A stretch of 64,000 nt of DNA from Tubiluchus corallicola (GCA_030141605.1 JAQGDQ010000348.1:186001-250000), one strand, 5' to 3'. Counted from the first letter of the stretch, positions 1-12,057 are shown. The notes: generated from the letters alone by a model not told the origin. Translations and numbers: made by a program.

Positions 1-639
1 AGGAAGGTAACTAAAATGAACATAAAAGGAAGGTAACTAAAATGCACATGAAAGGACGGTAACTAAAATGCACCTAAAAGGAAGGTAACAAAAATGCACA
101 TAAAAGGAAGGTAACTAAAATGCACATGAAAGGAAGGTAACTAAAATGCACATAAAAGGAAGGTAACTAAAATGCACATAAAAGGAAGGTAACTAAAATG
201 CACATGAAAGGAAGGTAACTAAAATGCACATGAAAGGAAGGTAACTAAAATGCACATAAAAGGAAGGTAACTAAAATGCACATGAAAGGAAGGTAACTAA
301 AATGAACATAAAAGGAAGGTAACTAAAATGAACATAAAAGGAAGGTAACTAAAATGCACATAAAAGGAAGGTAACTAAAATGCACATAAAAGGAAGGTAA
401 CTAAAATGCACATAAAAGGAAGGTAACTAAAATGCACATGAAAGGAAGGTAACTAAAATGCACATGAAAGGAAGGTAATTAAAATGCACATAAAAGGAAG
501 GTAACTAAAATGAACATAAAAGGAAGATAACTAAAATGCACATAAAAGGAAGGTAACTAAAATGCACATAAAAGGAAGGTAACTAAAATGCACATAAAAG
601 GAAGGTAACTAAAATGCACATAAAAGGAAGGTAACTAAA
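1..639. repeat. 26-bp minisatellite (AGGAAGGTAACTAAAATGCACATAAA)n, runs off window start; probably intronic in NPHP1
   Basis: Period 26 read directly, about 24 near-identical copies. Confidence 0.97.
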
Positions 640-1948
640 TCAAGGAATAAAATGAATGATTTCTTCATATAACAAGTGGATTTTTCGTGGCAAATCGAGT
701 AATAATGTCATTGACATTCAAATGACTGTCGTTGTGAATGTTCATCGGGGCTGAACCAGTTAGTGGCTGTTCTCACATGGAATTCCAAACCCATATTTTT
801 GACCAACCAAATGTGGAGACTTCAGTTTGGTCAGCTTTCATTTTTTTCCTTTGTTCTTAAAATGATTATGTGTTTGCATGGCAAAAATGTTTGGAAGTTA
901 TCGATTATGCATTTTTCGTTATTCGTATTAAAATGTAATTTTGTTTTAAAATGTGTCAGTTCCCGAATGTAATTATTATAAATTGAAGAATAAACGACCT
1001 ACATATATAACTAACGTCACTTGTATAAACTAAATACTATATTAACTATCTTACATTTGTATTTATGTATATTCATGTTGCACCATTGGGTTTACACATC
1101 AAGGTATGACATTGTGTCTTTGGTTCAAATTGTTGAGTTTGACTTGTGTATAACGTGGTATAGGTTTTTTTGTAGCGCTGTATATGTGTGTAATTGTATC
1201 TATATAATCGGTGTGTATTGTGCGAATTGTAATTGTGATTACCCAGTAAAATATAAAAATATATAAAATATTATCCTGCGCCTCCAATTCATGAGGATCG
1301 TTTTGATACCAAACACCTTAGCAACTGCATGAAAGTAAAACTTTGTAAGACGTTGAAAATACATTTAATCCATAGGTGGCTCTTCGAGATTGTGATTTGG
1401 GTTTGATAGCGAAATAAACCGCAGTTGCTTTTCTCTACAAGCAAACAAAAGCAAGATAGTTTAAAACGAAACAAATCTAATGTATTTTTCTCTGCTTTTG
1501 TCTTGAATTATCTTACTTTTAACTATCTAAATGGTAATCTGATTTACAGATTTGAATATGATATCTAGTAGGAGCCCCTTTATAGCATGATTGATAAATG
1601 ACGGTTTTCCAGATGGGCGGTTGAGGGCCCAAGTTGCTCCCTATATTAGAGTTATATGTGTACTTTTTATAGTTTTAACATTTTAAAATAGTGTTGAGAA
1701 TTGACCATAATGTATTTTCGCAAACGTTTTTAAATATGAAGTTATTTTATGATTTTAATAAGATTAATCTTAACGTAAGTTATTGTCTTTTAAACGTAAT
1801 CTGATTTAAACTTCAGTCTATTTTAATTATATTATGTAATGTTTTTTAATGTAATGTAATTTAATTGTAATTTTAAATCTCAGTGTATCTTAATTAATGT
1901 GATGTAATTTAACCTTCGGGTTACAAGGATTTTTAATAAACTTAAAAA

Positions 1949-2502
1949 AGGAAGACAGGATAATAGGACCGTTCATACACTAGCCCATCTTCAAGTCCGA
2001 TAGAAAGTAAACATTTTAACACGATTAATACTGCAAAAGCCTTTCTGATAATTAGCTAATGCATTAAAAATTTAATTAGGTGTGTTGCACGTGTTTGAGA
2101 AAGTGAAAATTGAAGTACATTGCTACCTGTAAGAGATTCAGTGTGTTGTACTAAAACTAGGCTAGTTTTAAAATAAAAATTCAAATTTCAAATTTACCGC
2201 TGTGCTCACGCATGAGCTGTCGAACATGTGCAGTTTATCACAAGCTAACACATCTGAACTGAGATGTACAGCACCTGTTTTTTGTGCAATGCTTTTCTGA
2301 AAAGCAGGCGCTTGTCCTCGTCTAATTAGCAAATGGTGAAATGCAAGTAACAGCAAAGAACTAGTGGCGCAAACGTGAAAGTGTGTTTGTGTGGTAATAA
2401 TTCTTTCACTAAATCATTCTTGAAAAAATAGTACGTTTCCTCTCTGTATTTTAAAGAGTAGCTTGTTTTGACCTACAGTTGAAGATTGGGTCCGCTTTTG
2501 CT
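1949..2502 (+). mobile_element. Family B Kolobok-like non-autonomous element, full length
   Basis: Starts AGGAAGACAGGAT, ends GGGTCCGCTTTTGCT|TTAA; homologous to many copies in the window. Confidence 0.85.
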
Positions 2503-2720
2503 TTAAGTTTTAATGCAATAGAATCTGATGTCTTTCATTGGTGCATGTTGTTTCATATGTTGCCATCTTGAATTCCCATACAGTATTATTTTATCCATTG
2601 TTTCTACATTGTTTTGATATTGACATAATATATTGATATTATATCGATTATATAGATTGATATAATACATTGATATTGTTTTATACATTTATGCATCATC
2701 AGTATCATCAATTTATTTAG

Positions 2721-2880
2721 AACAAAGATGAGGACGGTGAACTGAGTTGCGGATGGACTTGTCTTCCTCTTTTCGATGCCGCCGGTACACCTGTCATGAA
2801 CAAAACGTATACTTTACCCGTCCACGGAGGCACACCTTTTGAGAAAGGCGTGGAGGTCGATCCGACTGTCAGTCGCCGCG
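2721..2880 (+). CDS. NPHP1: Nephrocystin-1 internal exon ([53 protein letters not shown])
   Basis: tttatttag acceptor, gtaaga donor, 160 bp; matches recalled vertebrate NPHP1 segment GELSCGW..LFDA.G...KTY.L...GGTPYEKGIEVDPSISRR. Confidence 0.93.
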
Positions 2881-3052
2881 GTAAGAAACTTGAGGATAAT
2901 GCAGTGTAAAAAAATGTAAATGTTTGCTCAGTAAAACGTGAAAGATTGTTGTTATTATTATTATTGTGCCTAATGTTTGTTTGCATGTTGTGCTGTCGTG
3001 ATCATTTCTTCAAGCATGTAACTTCGTCAGCTTTCACAACGTATCTAGTCGC

Positions 3053-3444
3053 ATAAGCCTTTTCACAGTTCCAGCGATTGATAGTGATCATGAAAAGGTC
3101 AAAGGTTAAGTGTGCATGACAACGAATTTATGTACACTTGACAACACCTCACAGTCCATTCTATTGTAATAGTAACAGTTTTAACAGCTAGCTAGAACCT
3201 TACTAGTTTTTTGTTCTTGTTCCCAAGCAAGATCCTGCTAATAAATCACTCTATGCACAAACTAATGCATCATAATTAAGTGAAGTCCACGTGAAACAAC
3301 TTAAGTTACTGAACTGATGCGACGCCGGCTTTGCTTCACACACGTCAAGTGACGGTTGTAGTTAAGACGTGTTACTGTGGTACACTTAACCGTTCACCTA
3401 CAGCGACTGCGCATGCGCACAACGAAACTGTGAAATGGCTTATT
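3053..3444 (+). mobile_element. Family A MITE (ISL2EU/PIF-Harbinger-like)
   Basis: TIR AAGCCTTTTCACAGTT...AACTGTGAAATGGCTT flanked by AT; about 9 copies in the window. Confidence 0.85.
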
Positions 3445-3867
3445 CCATTACATTCAAATACTGACATGTCAGTGCTGCCCGATATATTCTCTTCCGTTGC
3501 AAATTGGGGTGCTATAGCAGCCATGTTGTCTGCGTACTCCACTCAAGTTGCATTATTGATGAAAGAACCCTGTTTGCTATTGACACATTGTCTGCCACTT
3601 TCGCTTAGAGAAAAAAATCTAGTCATACGCAAGCGAGTTTTGTATATTTGAACATGGAAACGTTTAGATTGCTAAATATGTGTAGCCTTCTTCGGATAAT
3701 TTACATTTATTATTCAAGAAATTTTTAACACTCACAAAGTTTATTTCTCTAGAAGTGGGCTATTTATAGATAATTTTTACAAACACCCGGTGATTTCTTT
3801 TTTAAAAATTCTTTTCCTTGAAATAAATTTTCCTGAATGTGTAATATCTTCTTTTTTGATGTTACAG

Positions 3868-4080
3868 TTTCAACTAATCCGTTTAGAACGCTCGTTGCTG
3901 GTAACCGGCAACCAAAATTCAGCGTTCGATTTGGGCCGATATCTCGAAAAGACAGGACGCGTGTTGAGCTACTGCCAGATGTCGTCTTATGCAGAAATTC
4001 ACATCTCTTATTCATGATGTTCTATCGACAAGAGCTAGCCGAAGCTTTGCTTTGTGACAGGCCAAATTTAGAGAGTGCTG
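3868..4080 (+). CDS. NPHP1: Nephrocystin-1 exon (VSTNPFRTLVAGNRQPKFSVRF...LLPDVV...FYRQELAEALLCDRPNLESA)
   Basis: ttacag acceptor, gtattg donor, 213 bp, phase 1-1; resembles RRQPQLLV...LLPE...FYRQILGDVLLKDR. Confidence 0.92.
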
Positions 4081-4471
4081 GTATTGATTTCTTATAATCT
4101 TAATTAGGAGTTATTGATTGGTGATGGCGCACGAACGCAACATTTTGAAATTTTTGAAAACAGAGTTGACTAAAAGAAAGAAAACTGTGTTTGTGGTGAC
4201 TTTCTGACATTTACTTTGTTTTGGTCGAGTTTAGCTTTAAAAATTTCATAATTGTTAGTATATTGCACCATCTTTGCCCATATGCTAATGGTATTTGTAA
4301 ACAACAAAATTGACTGCACTCGGTCCGATGCTCACATGCATGTTCATTTACCTATTGACATGAATTTTTTATCGTGGTGGCTTGTTCCACAACTTGCAAA
4401 TCAGTTAAAGCTCTTCACAGGTACTTGTGTTAAAATATATTTGATGGGCACATTGAAAACAAAGTAACATA

Positions 4472-4879
4472 CGCTCATACCTCGGTTTGCCAGACAAAAG
4501 CGGAGAGACGTCGGTCCGAATTTCTAGATTGTCTGTATTTTACCATATTAAACAATAAAGTAGGCTCATATTAGACTCATGCTAATGTACAATCAATTGC
4601 CTAATTCTCTCAAAAGCATCTAGTAATGGGGGTTCCTATGTAATACAGTAGTATATAAAAACTGTCAGCAATTAACTCAAACAACTCTGCATAATTCATT
4701 CTATATTTTTATTCATACACTTGGTTACACTGATGTATGTGATGTAAACAAAGTGACGGCCCGCCAAGTAGCGATCAGCTTGCGAAATAACAGACTTGTC
4801 CGGACTTTTAACGGACCAAATTTTGTCGGAATTTTATGATATCCATAAAAGCGAGGACCGGCAAACAGAGATATGAGAT
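4472..4879 (+). mobile_element. Family F Tc1/mariner-like MITE
   Basis: TIR about CACTCATATCTCGGTTTGCCGGAC next to TA; homologous to copies at 6352, 13688 and 50989. Confidence 0.8.
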
Positions 4880-4989
4880 TAGTTTGTAATTAGAATTGCA
4901 GCTCATTGTGAAACTAAATAAAATATTTATAATAGGTATAATAAATGGAATGAGTTTATAATTCCCCACACAGTTTAAATACACTAAAT

Positions 4990-5343
4990 CTAACCCAAGC
5001 TTAACCGGAACCCTAAAGTCCCTAACCCTAATGCTAACCCAACTCTAACGCGAAGCCTAAACCAACCCTAAAGTTCCTATACCCAAATCCGAACCCTAAA
5101 CCAACCCTAAAGTCCCTATCCCCAAACCTAGCCCTAACCTTAACCCCAACCCTAATCCTAACCTTATCCCTATCAAACATCCTAAACCAACCCGAAAGTT
5201 CCTATCCCCAAACTCAACCCTAACCTTAACCCCAACCCTAATTCTAACCCTAACCCTAAACCAACCCAAAGTTCCTATACCCAAATCCGAAGCCTAAACC
5301 AACCCTAATGTTCCTATACCCAAACCCAACCCCTAATTCTAAT
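4990..5343 (+). repeat. Degenerate (TAACCC)n telomere-like tract in an NPHP1 intron
   Basis: Many CCCTAA/CCCAAA/CCTTAA hexamers with a recurring AAAGTTCCTATACCC motif. Confidence 0.8.
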
Positions 5344-5523
5344 CCACTTCATGAACTAATTTCTTGTGTGTTAAGAAATGTAAACTTTAATCCAAAAGAA
5401 TTATGCATAATGGGAAGAAACATTTTTAGTACCATTGAAACCAGTCTCATTTAAAAAATTTTGCAGTACCTTTAATAAGTTTTAAAATTCATGTTTTTTT
5501 ATGTTTTATTTACTATTCTTTAG

Positions 5524-5597
5524 ACATGATTCAGTCTCCTTTTCTGGCAACATTTCCAGCAGCTGCGGATCAGAGTGATTTACTGGATGGACTTCAA
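5524..5597 (+). CDS. NPHP1: Nephrocystin-1 exon (DMIQSPFLATFPAAADQSDLLDGLQ)
   Basis: ttctttag acceptor, gtatgt donor, 74 bp, phase 1-0; resembles DLISHPMLATFP....PDVMDALR. Confidence 0.92.
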
Positions 5598-5719
5598 GTA
5601 TGTTTCGACTATTTTTCACTATTTGTTATTTTGTCTATTGTTTTTTTTTGTTTTGTGTGTTTTCTAATTATAAAAATAAACGAAGTAGAAATAGGGATGA
5701 TATTTGAGAGATACCTTGA

Positions 5720-6192
5720 AGGGAAGAAAAGACAATTTATAAGTACGGTGCAAAAAAACTTTTCATACAAAGTTATATTACTCAGCATTATGCTTACTTG
5801 CTTGAAACACTTATGTAAGTAGAAAAGAAAATTCTTTGTAATATAAAATGTTCAGACCAACTGGTAAAACATCACTGTCTCACCTTCCCAGTATGCACCA
5901 CTGACTCACTAAAAAGCTATTTTTATTTTTATTTGCAATTTCTACTTCTGCTTGATTAGCAAAGAGTGTGTTACAAATACTCTGGTTATATTTTCAAACT
6001 TTATGCAATGTTATCTAAACATGTTTCAAACGACTTACCATTAGAATGGCTCCATCTAATGGTCATCACAGGAATTTACATTTACAAGTTGTTGCTAATA
6101 CAGGCTCTGTATCAAATAAAACAGAATGTAAGTGATATAAAATTTCAAAACAAATTTTTTGGAGCTTTATTAAAGTAAAGGGCTTTTGCGCT
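5720..6192 (+). mobile_element. Short, diverged family C (C') TTAA element
   Basis: TTGA|AGGGAAGAAAA...TTTTGCGCT|TTAA; interior similar to 35626-36300 and 34105-34539. Confidence 0.7.
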
Positions 6193-6351
6193 TTAAGAAG
6201 TTGGAGAACTAGGAAAAAACACAAACTCTACGAGTCTAAAAAGCAGGGAGGTCTGATCTTGTTGCAGGGTTATAATACATATGAAAACTTGACAAATGAT
6301 CCAATTTTAAACTGCTACAACATTGAACAATAAAATAATTAAATATCAGTG

Positions 6352-6782
6352 CACTCATAGGTCGGTTTGTCAGACAAAAGCAGGGAGAAATCGGTCCGAA
6401 TTTACCGATACTAAGCTAATATAGTAGGTGCCATGTATTAGACTCACGATAATGTAAAATCATTTGCCCAATTGTCTAAAAAACGGGCCGCTCCTATGCA
6501 AAAGTATATAACAACTATTGGCAGTTGACTCAGAGAAGTCAGCATAATTGACTCTAAACCACTTACACACGCTGATGAAACCACTTAACACGCTGACACA
6601 CAAGCTGCATATACGTCATTATACGCTGCTTGGATGTAAACAAAGTGACGGCCCACCAACTAGCGGTCAGCTCGCGAAATAACGGACGTGTACGTAGTAT
6701 GCAGGACTTTTTACCGGTCCAGATTTTCTCTAATTCTTCCGACATCCGTAAAAGCGAGGTCGGGCAAACCGAGATTTGAGGG
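6352..6782 (+). mobile_element. Family F MITE
   Basis: CACTCATAGGTCGGTTTGTCAGAC...CGGGCAAACCGAGATTTGAGGG|TA. Confidence 0.8.
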
Positions 6783-6843
6783 TATGTTAGAATGCAGTTA
6801 CAATGTACAATCTACTTTCGTTACAGTGAATGCAATTTTACAG

Positions 6844-7005
6844 GCTGCCTGGTCTCACAAGTTAACGTTTCTGTCACGATCAGAAAAGCAGGATCAACTT
6901 CACTTGAGAAGCAAGTTTATCGAAATCTATATGGATACGGTCTATCCCTTACTATTCAGTGCCTCGCTTCCCAAATATGACATCAGAAATGCTGAAATAA
7001 CTGCC
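6844..7005 (+). CDS. NPHP1: Nephrocystin-1 exon (AAWSHKLTFLSRSEKQDQLHLRSKFIEIYMDTVYPLLFSASLPKYDIRNAEITA)
   Basis: ttttacag acceptor, gtaagt donor, 162 bp, phase 0-0; resembles SSW...LKRSEKRD..FL...F..VY.D.VLPLL.S..LP. Confidence 0.93.
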
Positions 7006-7084
7006 GTAAGTATCTTAAATCGACTGTTGTTCCCATGAGGGTACATTTTTGCTTTAACTCTTATCAGCTCGTGCAGGTTTGCAC

Positions 7085-7200
7085 TGTTGCTTTCAATTGT
7101 TGAGGTCGTGAGTTCAATCCCCAGGGTAAGTCATTGTAGAACATTCAAAATTTTGACAGCAGTTGCCTCCTTGCCTGGTATGTGGAATACAATACAAATA
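7085..7200 (+). mobile_element. Possible tRNA-derived SINE fragment
   Basis: B-box-like GGTCGTGAGTTCAATCCC; single degraded copy, no cloverleaf. Confidence 0.3.
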
Positions 7201-7352
7201 ATTTACAATGTAAAAGTAAACTGCCATGTTTGAAGTTGACTAGAAACTAATTATGTATGTTAATGTAGGCAAAACAAGCAAGTAAAAAGATTTGTCATAT
7301 TTCCGTCATACAGAAAAAACAATTTTGGACAAACGAAAGAAATATATGTTTA

Positions 7353-7884
7353 AGGAAGACCGGATGATTGTTCATATACTACCCCATTTTCAAGTCTAAT
7401 AAAAAGTATACATTTTTATGCTATTAATACTGCAAAAGTGTTTCTGATAATTAAATATTAGATTTAAAACTTAATTAACGGCGGGCGAGCCGAACTATTG
7501 ATGACAACTATTGATGAAAATTGAAATACAGTGGTACTGTAAGATATTCAGTGTGTAGTAATGAAACTAGGCAAGTCTTAAGGTAAAAATTCAAATTTCA
7601 AATTTACCATTGTGCTCACACATGAGCTGTCGAACGTGTGTAGTTTGTCACAAACTGAGACGTCAGGCACTTGTTTTTTGCGCAATCCATTTCCCAAATA
7701 CAGACATCAGTGCCCATCTAACTAGCGAATGACGAAATACATGTGAGTACTGGCGAGAACGTGAAATTGTGCTTGTGTGGTAATAATTGTTTTAAGTCAT
7801 TTTTGAAAAAATAGTATTTTCCTTTCAGTATTTTAAAGAGCATGTTGTGTTGACGTACAGTTTAACATTGGGTCCGGTTTTGCT
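7353..7884 (+). mobile_element. Family B element, full length
   Basis: TTAAGGAAGACCGGAT...GGGTCCGGTTTTGCT|TTAA. Confidence 0.88.
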
Positions 7885-8338
7885 TTAAATAAACTGTTGC
7901 TGGTGTATTGAACAAAAAAGACAGAAAAGAAATTTCATGGTCAGGGCTGGAATATGACCTATTGTGGCCCCTAGGCTAATGAAATTATGGGCCTCCTCAG
8001 ATTGAGCCACTCTCTAATTCACCATCATGAATATTTTTTGCTCGTGATACATTTTGGCTACATTTACATACCTTGAAGTAAACTGATTACAATTTGTTTA
8101 AATTTTCTAGAATAGCTATCTTTTGTTTGTCAATAAAAATATTCTTTAAACCACTGGTTTACTATTTATTGCTAACCAAATTAACACACAGCTGTAGTGA
8201 AAAAACACATTTTTTACCAAATATTACGAGAGTTTGAGGTCGTTTGGCTTTATCAGTATTGCATTTAAATATTGCTCCTTTTTTGTGCAGTTGCAAAAAC
8301 TTTTGTAATCAGTTAAAATAATTCTTTGTTCTTTCTAG

Positions 8339-8485
8339 ACCCGCCACGAGGAGATTTTTTCAGTGATAAAGAAGGTGAAAGAAAGGAGACAGTTGTCCGT
8401 CTACTTGTCGCCGGGTGTTACGTTTCAACCCTTGGATGTTTCAGAGATGTCGCTCAATATAATTGGACCGTTTTGCAGGAGCTAA
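8339..8485 (+). CDS. NPHP1: Nephrocystin-1 terminal coding exon (TRHEEIFSVIKKVKERRQLSVYLSPGVTFQPLDVSEMSLNIIGPFCRS*)
   Basis: ttctttctag acceptor, 147 bp in phase 0 ending TAA; resembles the C-terminal LLSP....EPFDLSE..YDFLG; frame differs from the listed ORF 8326..8517. Confidence 0.88.
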   Translation, partial: TRHEEIFSVIKKVKERRQLSVYLSPGVTFQPLDVSEMSLNIIGPFCRS

Positions 8486-8690
8486 TTAAAACTGTTGAAG
8501 GTCAAATTAACGACTAATGTTTGTGCTGTGATCTTTGTAATACGATTTCAGTTCAGTACATCTATTTTGAAGGTTACGTGAATGTTGTTCCTAAGTGTCA
8601 AGCTCATGGCTTCTCTAGACGTGTGTCAAGTGCATGGCTTCTCTAGACGTTCATCACACCTTCACTGCAAACTTTTCTGACTTTTGAAAA

Positions 8691-8952
8691 CAGGATTCCC
8701 AAGATCACGGAAAATCCTTAAAAATACAGGCTATCCTGAAAAGTCACGGAAAAAGATAATTTGGTAAAAAGTCAGGGAAAATGATGAAAATGGGGCAAAA
8801 AGTCAGGGAAATTGGAAAGGGTTGCAAAAATAATCACCGTGAACCGATATTTTTCTAAACACATTTTATAGAGATTCGCGTTAAAATAAAATTTTGCTTT
8901 GGTAGACTCCCAGTTTCGATTTCTGTTCCAAAAATAATGATTGGCCGACACA

Positions 8953-8984
<32 letters not shown>

Positions 8985-9127
8985 GAATGTCCATACACAA
9001 AAGTGTTTGAATCCATATACTGGTAATGCAATTTCTGCTTACCTTGGTCATGGAAAATTAATATTTGGTCAAGGAAAAGGCATGGAAAAGTCAGGGAAAT
9101 TTATTTTAAAATTCTTTGGGAACCATG
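8691..9127 (+). mobile_element. hAT-like MITE with 6-bp TSD
   Basis: TIR CAGGATTCCCA...TGGGAACCATG, TGAAAA on both sides, repeated subterminal AAAAGTCAGGGAAA motifs. Confidence 0.75.
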
Positions 9128-9141
9128 TGAAAATCAATGAA

Positions 9142-10296
9142 AGAGATTTCACAAAAGACTAAATTCGACAAACTTGGTTTGCTTTAAAATCTTACAGGAA
9201 AAAACTCGTACTCAGACTTAAAACCGGGGCCTCGTATGCTGCTATTTGACCCGCGTCACGATTTTGTCAGTGCGTCCACTTCTGAGCACGGTACATGAGG
9301 TGTGCTTTTTCTACGAGACACGAAGAAGTGTTAAAATACGTGTAAAACAGTTAAGAACCGTTTTTCATGATAAACATGAACATAAATTACAGAATTTTTA
9401 CCTTCCTGCAGCAGTTTTCTCATGGGGATGTACTTGCACAAAGGTGTCTGAGTCCAACAATTTATTGTCATGTCTCAGAGGATTATGTTCACAGTGAGAT
9501 AGGTTCTGGTGTTGCCACAATCAGCAGCTTAATAAGAAAGCCTCGGCATTGGAGTTGATGCCAGTTTGCAGTGTGCTGAACCGTAAAAATAGCAAAAGCC
9601 TTTGCTATTCTGCTTCTTTCTAGATATAATGGCGCTGAAACTAAAATTATGTGATGTTTGGCAACATATATGTGCTTACATAGCAAAATCGTCAAGAAGT
9701 CGGCAATTTTAGCTTTTCCAGTTATTCACCATATCCTGAATCTTCATCCCATGAGGATCATTTTGATACCAAGCTCATTGCTCTATTTTATTTCTAACCT
9801 GAGATAGTCCATGTTGAAGTTGAAGTGCAGGCTGCGCATTGAAAAACATAATCTTGAGAAACTCAATGTTAAAGTTGGCCATTGGTTTTGTCGTGTTTCT
9901 ACGAAAGGTCGAAGGGTTGGTTGCTATGGACTTAGCAATAACACATTGAAGTTATATATTTAATCATATATTTGATTATTGTATTTATTCACAAAGTTAT
10001 GTTTAAATCCAGTAGATGGCTCCTCCAGATGAAGATCTGGGCTTTGCAACAGAAAAAACCCGAAGCAAAATGAATGCTTCCACGAGCTACAATCAAGTTC
10101 GAAAATACAAGTTTTTAAAATTGCATTACGAGATTTGAGCAAGAAAGGTGTGCACGGGGTTATAGAATTAAAATTTTAGTATTTTTGAACATCTTTCTAA
10201 TGGTTTGATGCTAGAATATAAAGTCCAATATATCTAGCACTTGTTTATGAAAAAACAAAAAATTGACATTTGGCCAAATTTTTGGTGCACTCTGCT
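9142..10296. mobile_element. Possible ~1.15 kb TTAA-type non-autonomous element
   Basis: Right end GGTGCACTCTGCT|TTGA, weak matching left end; ATGAGGATCATTTTGATACCAA shared with about 1290. Confidence 0.3.
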
Positions 10297-10783
10297 TTGA
10301 AGCATCGTGACGTAATTTTAATTATGCCAACTTATGGGTGGTTTTGGTTTGCAAGCTAACATTTATTTAAGGATTCCATGGAATTGTTAGCTGTAGCGTG
10401 GAGAGTGTTTAAGCTTATAGTGGTTTCACTTATCGTAAATGATTCTGCATGATTTCAGTGAAATAGGAGTTTCGCTTCTTACGCTTGCTGTTCTTACAAT
10501 GTGAGGAGAAGCTGTATATATTTTAGAACCTGCCTTATTTAGCCTATTTATTACTTTTTTAAGTTTTTAACTAAACCGCATAGACATGTTTAAATGTTGT
10601 ATATTAAAATTTACATGTTGCTTGTTCTTGTAACAGACTAATCTATTCCGTCCATTTTATTTTATGTCCATTGAATTTTTGAGGTTTTTAGCAGTTTACT
10701 GTAAAACTGTGTGATTTGACTATGTGCCGTAAATAATAATTCTGTAATTTGTTATTTTTAGAGCAACTGCATGGACTATAAGT

Positions 10784-11444
10784 CAGAGGTGTAGCAAGGT
10801 GGGGGTGACAGGGAGCAATTGTCCTAGGCGCTAAGATGAGAGAGCACAAAATTCTTCTAGAGTTCAATGACTGTTTTAACATTTTAAAATTATTAATTAC
10901 AGATCCGACATTTGCAAAACAATTGACAAAAGTTTTCAAACGACAACAAAATTATATAGTCAGAGCTCATTGTAGCTCAATTAATTACTACCTGCAGCCT
11001 AGAAAAAAGTTAAAATGTTGTTACTTAACAGTGTGTGCAAGGTGTTGTGTGGCTTAGCAGATCGATAATTTTGGGACAAACAATGACGTTTCTCTAAATA
11101 CCAAATGTATTATTGTGAAAACCTGTAGTATTCTGTATCTTTCATAATCTTTGCATGTTTTAATGCTGGAGCTGAATGTTTAAGGACTGTCGTGTTATGA
11201 GCAACTAATGTTTAGAAAAGAGTTATTCTGCTGCAGTATCACAAGTCAAACTCAGGGTGATTCTTAGGAAAAAATTTGTTTTTCTTTATCGCATCATGTC
11301 AAAAAAGAAAAGTCGGGCGAAGGGATGCAAAAAATGCGCACAATTTGTTTGCTTCACGAATGAAACAAATGAGCAACGCGTTAAAGGGGTAGAGCGCCAG
11401 AAGTTTTTTACCTCCAGGCGCTAGAAGAACTTGCTACACCACTA
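10784..11444 (+). mobile_element. hAT-like MITE
   Basis: TIR CAGAGGTGTAGCAAG...CTTGCTACACCACTA, imperfect ~8-bp TSD (CTATAAGT/ACTTAAGT); partial second copy at 47676. Confidence 0.8.
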
Positions 11445-11546
11445 ACTTAAGTACTGATCATTTCAAAGTTTTCATGAATACACACTTAGCAAATCATGTT
11501 AAGTTTGCAGACAAGATAAGCAAAGAGTTGCTATCACAATGTTTAA

Positions 11547-12057
11547 AGGAAAATTGGATGATTGTGTTCAAAATAAAGTATGCTCTAAAATATTGACAAC
11601 TACAATAGCTTTTTGTTAGATCAAAGCTTAGATTAAACAATAATTACCTTGGATAGTTAAATTTTGTTAAACTTTCAAAGCAAAGCGTTCCTCAACGAAT
11701 CCATTAAGACTGACAATGGCACCTTTTTGTCATATTTGTGGCGCGGTACCGTGATAAGCATGACCATAAACTGCAGTGTTCGTCTGTGATGTAGAGCTCA
11801 TTTTCGTGACATCACGTCAGCATCTTATAGCAATATTCGCTTACGCAGACGTGCTTGACACACAGGGAAGATGCCTACCATTGCACAAACTGTGGTTAGT
11901 TTGTGATGTAAGTGATAGCTGTGTTCCATTGCCATTAATTACATTTCCAAGGTAATTATTGAAATATTAGAAACTGCTAACTTTATTGGCAAGAAAATGT
12001 ATATTTTGGACAGTAAATTAAAATGAGATTGAGTCTAATCAATCGTCCGGTATTCCT
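11547..12057 (+). mobile_element. Family D Kolobok-like element
   Basis: TTAA|AGGAAAATTGGAT...GTCCGGTATTCCT|TTAG; inverted copy at 31573. Confidence 0.8.

Noticed and set aside
1-639. Regular repeats here and at 41138 and 51488 as CRISPR arrays
   Set aside because: Units are head-to-tail with no unique spacers, there are no cas genes, and the context is eukaryotic
7085-7135. tRNA gene
   Set aside because: Only a B-box-like motif, with no acceptor stem or cloverleaf
8326-8517. Listed 63-aa ORF as the last NPHP1 exon
   Set aside because: Wrong frame; the splice-compatible frame starts at 8339 and stops at 8485
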